A DNA stretch of 64,000 nt from Gammaproteobacteria bacterium. GTDB lineage: Bacteria > Pseudomonadota > Gammaproteobacteria > Steroidobacterales > Woeseiaceae. A model generated the notes under the pieces. It searched no databases and was not told where the DNA came from. It saw only the letters and a list, made by a program, of their open reading frames with translations. This document shows, one piece after another, positions 59,819 to 64,000 of this stretch; within the stretch, counting starts at the first letter, position 1, and every line of letters begins with the position of its first letter. The position numbers and the translations under genes were made by a program. The stretch covers positions 9,594-73,593 of the forward strand of contig SMWE01000032.1 of assembly GCA_004357475.1 (NCBI GenBank), in the 5' to 3' direction.

Positions 59819-60610
59819 TCACTGCATTCCAGTCCAGCTCAAGGCATAAGCAAACAACGGCGCCGCGGCAGTCACGCTATCGATTCGATCCAGCAGGCCG
59901 CCGTGGCCGGGAAACAGGCTGCCGCTGTCTTTCACGCCGGCGTGGCGCTTGAACATGCTCACAGTAAGGTCACCAACGATCGATATCATGGCGACTGCAA
60001 GACAAAACGGCACCATGACGACAATTTCGATCTCGAATACGTGGCTGCCTGTTGCGGCGAGCGCCATGACAGCGCCCACGCCGCCAAGCACGCCTTCCCA
60101 GGTCTTGCCCGGACTGATCTGCGGTGCCAGTTTTACCCTGCCAAAGCCCTTGCCGACGAAATAGGCACCAATGTCCGCCAACCAGACTATGAGCAGCGCA
60201 AACAATAGCAATTCCGGTCGCTGCACATAAAGGAGATCCAGTGCGAGCCACGCGGGTACGATGACGAGTGCACCGCAAATCCAGGCGACAGGTTTCGCAA
60301 TGGGTGTCGGGAAAAAAAACATCCAGACGAGCGCGGTCAACCACCAGCCCAGTGAAATTTTCAAGATAACGTTAACCAGAGCTGCGTCTGGCAGCTCAAC
60401 AAAAATTACGGCCATCAGAATCGCGATAGACAACACGTGCACATATCTGCCCTTGTCATCTTTGCTGAAAATAAATCCTGACCACTCCCATGCTGCGCCG
60501 AGCATCAGCAACGTAATGGCAATTCTTGCAACGATAGCGGGCACGACAAACATCACCACCGCCAGTACGGATAATGCAACGACCGCTGTAACGACACGTT
60601 GTTTCAGCAT
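59819..60610 (-). CDS. cdsA: Phosphatidate cytidylyltransferase
   Basis: Multi-TM protein with C-terminal signature SMFKRHAGVKDSGSLFPGHGGLLDRIDS. ATG at 60610 (MLKQRV) lies just after the uppS stop. Confidence 0.88.
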   Translation of the reverse strand: MLKQRVVTAVVALSVLAVVMFVVPAIVARIAITLLMLGAAWEWSGFIFSKDDKGRYVHVLSIAILMAVIFVELPDAALVNVILKISLGWWLTALVWMFFFPTPIAKPVAWICGALVIVPAWLALDLLYVQRPELLLFALLIVWLADIGAYFVGKGFGRVKLAPQISPGKTWEGVLGGVGAVMALAATGSHVFEIEIVVMVPFCLAVAMISIVGDLTVSMFKRHAGVKDSGSLFPGHGGLLDRIDSVTAAAPLFAYALSWTGMQ

Positions 60611-60611
60611 C

Positions 60612-61370
60612 TCATGCAACTCCGAACTGATTGCCGGACTGTCCGTACCGTCGTTGACGACTTGCATAAAACGATAACGCCTCATCAAACTGGCGCTCAC
60701 CAAATTCCGGCCACAGGCTGTCGCAAAACCAAAGTTCGGCATACGCCAGGTTCCATAATAAGAAATTACTCACGCGCTGCTCGCCACCGGTACGAATCAA
60801 CAGGTCAGGATCCGGTACGCCCGCAAGCGCCAGCTCTCCGGCCAGCTTTTCATCGTCAATGTCGGCAACGGACAGCTCCTGCTTCAACACCCTGGTGGCC
60901 AGGTTTTTCGCCGCCGTCACAATGTCCCAGCGCCCACCATAAGCAACCGCGACAATCAGGTTCAGACCGGTATTGTTCCTGGTCTTCTTTTCCGCGGCCG
61001 AAATCTTGCGGACGAGGCCTGCCCGCAGCTCTTCGCGCGCACCTATAAAAGTCAGCCTTACATTATTACGATGCAGGTCATCCACTTCTCGTTGCAGGGC
61101 CTCCAGAAAAAGACTCATCAGGCGGCTGACTTCGTCCGCGGGCCGCTTCCAGTTTTCACTGCTGAAGGCAAACAGCGTAAGGTAGGAAACGCCCCGCTTG
61201 GCTGCCGTTTCGACGATTTCACGCACCGACCTGACACCCGAGCGGTGCCCGGCGTGCCGCGGCAACGCTCTGGTCTGTGCCCAGCGGCCGTTGCCATCCA
61301 TGATGACCGCAACATGCGTCGGGATTATGGCGCTTTCCATGCTGTCATCGTTGCTTGGGGATTCTGTCAT
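60612..61370 (-). CDS. uppS: Ditrans,polycis-undecaprenyl-diphosphate synthase
   Basis: HVAVIMDGNGRWA, the LTLFAFSSENWKRP block and DLLIRTGGEQRVSNFLLWNLAYAEL. Confidence 0.93.
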   Translation of the reverse strand: MTESPSNDDSMESAIIPTHVAVIMDGNGRWAQTRALPRHAGHRSGVRSVREIVETAAKRGVSYLTLFAFSSENWKRPADEVSRLMSLFLEALQREVDDLHRNNVRLTFIGAREELRAGLVRKISAAEKKTRNNTGLNLIVAVAYGGRWDIVTAAKNLATRVLKQELSVADIDDEKLAGELALAGVPDPDLLIRTGGEQRVSNFLLWNLAYAELWFCDSLWPEFGERQFDEALSFYASRQRRYGQSGNQFGVA

Positions 61371-61384
61371 AAATAAGCTATCGG

Positions 61385-61942
61385 TCAGACTTCCATCAAC
61401 TCGCTTTCTTTTCGCTCCAGGAGCTTGTCGATAGAGGCCACGTGGTTGTCCGTAATGACCTGGATTTCATCATGAGCGCGATGTTCATCGTCCTCACCGA
61501 TCATTTTTTCCTTCAGCATATCCTTGATATCGGAAAGCGCATCACGCCGAATATTACGCACCGCTATCCGTCCGCCTTCCGCTTCGTGCCGTACCAGTTT
61601 GATCATGTCTTTGCGGCGCTCTTCAGTCAGCGGCGGCAGCGGTATACGAATGACGGTACCGGCAGACACGGGATTCAATCCCAGATCGGACGTCATGATG
61701 GCTTTTTCGATCGGCTGCACCATGGTTTTTTCCCAGGGCGTCACTACCAGCGTACGCGGGTCCTCGACATTAACGTTGGCGCACTGGTTGAGCGGTACCG
61801 TGCTGCCGTAATATTCGACTGTAATGTGATCGAGGAGACTCGTGCGCGCACGTCCGGTACGCAGTTTTGTCAGCGCCTGCTCCAATGCCTTAAGGCTCTT
61901 GTCCATGCGCTCGCTCGCGTCTTTTTTAATGTCATTGATCAC
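61385..61942 (-). CDS. frr: Ribosome recycling factor
   Basis: Typical Frr sequence ([20 protein letters not shown]...[12 protein letters not shown]). Confidence 0.96.
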   Translation of the reverse strand: MINDIKKDASERMDKSLKALEQALTKLRTGRARTSLLDHITVEYYGSTVPLNQCANVNVEDPRTLVVTPWEKTMVQPIEKAIMTSDLGLNPVSAGTVIRIPLPPLTEERRKDMIKLVRHEAEGGRIAVRNIRRDALSDIKDMLKEKMIGEDDEHRAHDEIQVITDNHVASIDKLLERKESELMEV

Positions 61943-61978
61943 CTTAATGCCCTCTCACTACCAGACCGCGATATGAAA

Positions 61979-62701
61979 TTAAGTCGTTACCAACGTGCCG
62001 ACATTCTCGTCCGTCATTGCTCGTACCAGCATGTCGTCTTCCGCCATGCTGAATATGCGCAATGGCAAATTGTTATCGCGACACATAACTATCGCCGTCG
62101 CGTCCATAACATTGAGTTTGTCAACCAGAACCTGGTCGAACGAGACAGTATCAAAAAGCGACGCATTGGTATTAACCAGCGGGTCAGAATCATAAACACC
62201 GCTAACCTTCGTCGCCTTTAGCAACACATCGGCGCCGATTTCAATCGCGCGCAGCGCGGCAGCGCTATCCGTCGTAAAAAACGGGTTTCCGGTGCCAGCG
62301 GCCATAATGACGACACGCCCCTTCTCAAGGTGGCGCACTGCCCGCCGTCGAATGTAGTCCTCGCAAACCTCGTGAATCTGAATCGCCGACATCACTCGCG
62401 CATAAACATCGAGAGACTCAAGCGCGTCCTGAATGGCCAGTGCATTCATAACGGTTGCGAGCATGCCCATGTAGTCGCCGGTGACGCGGTCCATCCCGGC
62501 TCTTGCCAGGCCAGCGCCACGAAAAATGTTGCCACCACCGATAACGATGGCGACCTCGATTCCGAGCTTGCGAACTTGCGCGATTTCCCCGGCGATCCGC
62601 TGGATGACCTCAGGCTCGATGCCATAATCCAGTTCGCCCATCAGCGCCTCGCCACTTAACTTGAGCAGGACACGTCGATAGAGAGCCGGCGCTTCGGTCA
62701 T
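61979..62701 (-). CDS. pyrH: UMP kinase
   Basis: [23 protein letters not shown] and [14 protein letters not shown] blocks. Confidence 0.96.
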   Translation of the reverse strand: MTEAPALYRRVLLKLSGEALMGELDYGIEPEVIQRIAGEIAQVRKLGIEVAIVIGGGNIFRGAGLARAGMDRVTGDYMGMLATVMNALAIQDALESLDVYARVMSAIQIHEVCEDYIRRRAVRHLEKGRVVIMAAGTGNPFFTTDSAAALRAIEIGADVLLKATKVSGVYDSDPLVNTNASLFDTVSFDQVLVDKLNVMDATAIVMCRDNNLPLRIFSMAEDDMLVRAMTDENVGTLVTT

Positions 62702-62887
62702 TTTGCTTCCCTTTTCTTATGAATCAATGTGTTAGCTCAACTGCACTCGGCGAAGTGGAGCAAATTTTAGCCTAATTCGATAAAACCATTCTAATTTACA
62801 GTGCGGTTTCAGTTATTTACGCCGAATTGCTCGCCTGCGATGTAATTTCTTCACAGACTCCTGAACGCGGTTGATCTGATTGAGTAC

Positions 62888-63742
62888 TTATTCAGCGAAA
62901 TTTTCCTGTTTTTTGCCGATGCCCTCGCCAAGCTCGTAGCGGACGAATGCGTTCACCGTCGCATCCGCACTCTTTAACAGCTTGCCCACTGACACATCGG
63001 GATCCTTGACGAACGGTTGCCCGAGCAAGGTAATTTCCCTCAGGAACTTCGCCACACGGCCGGTCACCATTTTCTCGACGATTTCGGGTGGTTTGCGTGA
63101 TTCAGCAGCCTGTTCAGCAATAATTCTTCGCTCGCGTTCCAGCAGATCCGCAGGTACGCCGTCTTCGTCAACGCAAAGCGGGTTGCTCGCTGCGACGTGA
63201 ATGGCGACGTCGCGCGCCAGCTCGGCATTGCCGCCTGACATGGATACAAGCGCACCGATTCTCGCGCCGTGCGTATAGTTGCCGAGATAATCGACCGCTT
63301 CAACCCGTTTGAATCGGCGAACTAAAATGTTTTCAGCGACTTTTGCAATGAGATCAGTGCGCGCAGTTTCAATCGTGCGTCCGTCCGCCAACCTCGTCGT
63401 CGAGAGTGCGTCGACGTCTTCGGCGCTGCTGCTTAACGCAGCGTCGGCAACCGCCTCGGCAAAGCCGACAAAGTTCTCACCTTTGGCGACAAAATCCGTC
63501 TCCGAGCTGATTTCAGCGATAGCTGCTTTGTTGCCATCGACCGCGATCGCAATACGACCATCCGCCGCTACGCGACTTGACTTTTTGTCGGCATTCGCCT
63601 GCCCTGACTTACGCAACAACTCGATGGCTGCCTCCGCGTTGCCGTCGGCTGCAACCAGGGCTTTCTTGCATTCCATCATGCCGACGCCGGTTCGCTCGCG
63701 GAGCTCTTTGACCATTGATGCACTAACAGACATCACTGACAC
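62888..63742 (-). CDS. tsf: Elongation factor Ts
   Basis: VKELRERTGVGMMECKKAL UBA-like N-terminus plus the EF-Ts dimerisation core. Confidence 0.96.
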   Translation of the reverse strand: MSVMSVSASMVKELRERTGVGMMECKKALVAADGNAEAAIELLRKSGQANADKKSSRVAADGRIAIAVDGNKAAIAEISSETDFVAKGENFVGFAEAVADAALSSSAEDVDALSTTRLADGRTIETARTDLIAKVAENILVRRFKRVEAVDYLGNYTHGARIGALVSMSGGNAELARDVAIHVAASNPLCVDEDGVPADLLERERRIIAEQAAESRKPPEIVEKMVTGRVAKFLREITLLGQPFVKDPDVSVGKLLKSADATVNAFVRYELGEGIGKKQENFAE

Positions 63743-63815
63743 CTCTATTTATTTCGTTTCCTAAGGCCAAACGGCAATTGAACCTGTTCTATTACGATTA
63801 CAATCGGGATTGCTG

Positions 63816-64000
63816 CTACTTTTTGTCTTTGTCAGTCGCCCTGGCTGCAGCTTTATCTTTCTTTTTTGCGGCCGGTTCGACGTCTGCCTTCGCTGTTGGC
63901 TGGGCCGTTTTCTTAGCCGCCGTCTTTTTGCTGGCCGTTTTCTTCGCCGTGGTCTTCTTGCTGGCCGTTTTCTTTGTGACCTCTGTCTTCTTCGCTGTCT
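63816..64000 (-). CDS. 3' end of a gene with a Lys/Ala/Thr-rich repetitive tail (probably ribosomal protein S2 with a C-terminal extension; 5' end outside window)
   Basis: Minus-strand frame open to the right edge: ...TAKKTEVTKKTASKKTTAKKTASKKTAAKKTAQPTAKADVEPAAKKKDKAAARATDKDKK, with stop TAG at 63818-63816. The position immediately upstream of tsf is where rpsB normally lies, but no S2 core sequence is inside the window. Confidence 0.4.
   Translation of the reverse strand, partial: TAKKTEVTKKTASKKTTAKKTASKKTAAKKTAQPTAKADVEPAAKKKDKAAARATDKDKK

Overview
GC-rich gammaproteobacterial core-chromosome window with about 75 protein genes, mostly housekeeping and mostly on the minus strand. Read on the minus strand from the right edge, the order is: a Lys/Ala-rich 3' gene tail (probably rpsB)-tsf-pyrH-frr-uppS-cdsA-rseP-bamA-skp-lpxD-fabZ-lpxA-lpxB-rnhB-dnaE-accA-tilS-pyrG-kdsA-eno-ftsB-truD. 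Then comes a 5.4-kb accessory block (smr, S9 peptidase, RAM-domain protein, aryl-CoA-ligase-like gene), followed by surE-pcm-yqaA-nlpD-rpoS, an Mth938-like gene, and COG4255-recJ-prfB-lysS. A 2.6-kb plus-strand accessory block (PAP2, membrane/TerB-like protein, VOC) and ygfZ follow. Next are DUF1674-sdhCDAB-sdhE-ygfX and rpoE-rseABC-grx-lepA-lepB-DUF4845-rnc-era-recO-pdxJ-acpS-exonuclease-rlmD-nagZ-mtnP-GGDEF. The left edge holds csiV and the mfd 3' end. I saw no rRNA, tRNA, CRISPR array, transposase, integrase or phage gene. I did not find a convincing new multi-gene system, and this looks largely like an ordinary core region. The observations most worth a second look are these. (1) Three MEP-pathway genes (ispD, ispF, dxr) are absent from otherwise intact, strongly conserved gene strings. 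(2) An easily missed DUF1674/SDHAF4-like small gene heads an sdh operon that is followed by sdhE-ygfX. (3) A family of intergenic GTAG-headed REP/REPIN-like palindromic elements shares an exact 16-mer, and there is one unrelated perfect 17-bp inverted repeat. (4) An AT-rich, probably acquired gene encodes a membrane domain fused to a TerB-like domain. (5) There is a canonical prfB +1 frameshift site, a sigmaE-type promoter, and several structured spacers. All functional calls rest on my recognition of protein motifs and synteny, and no database search was run.
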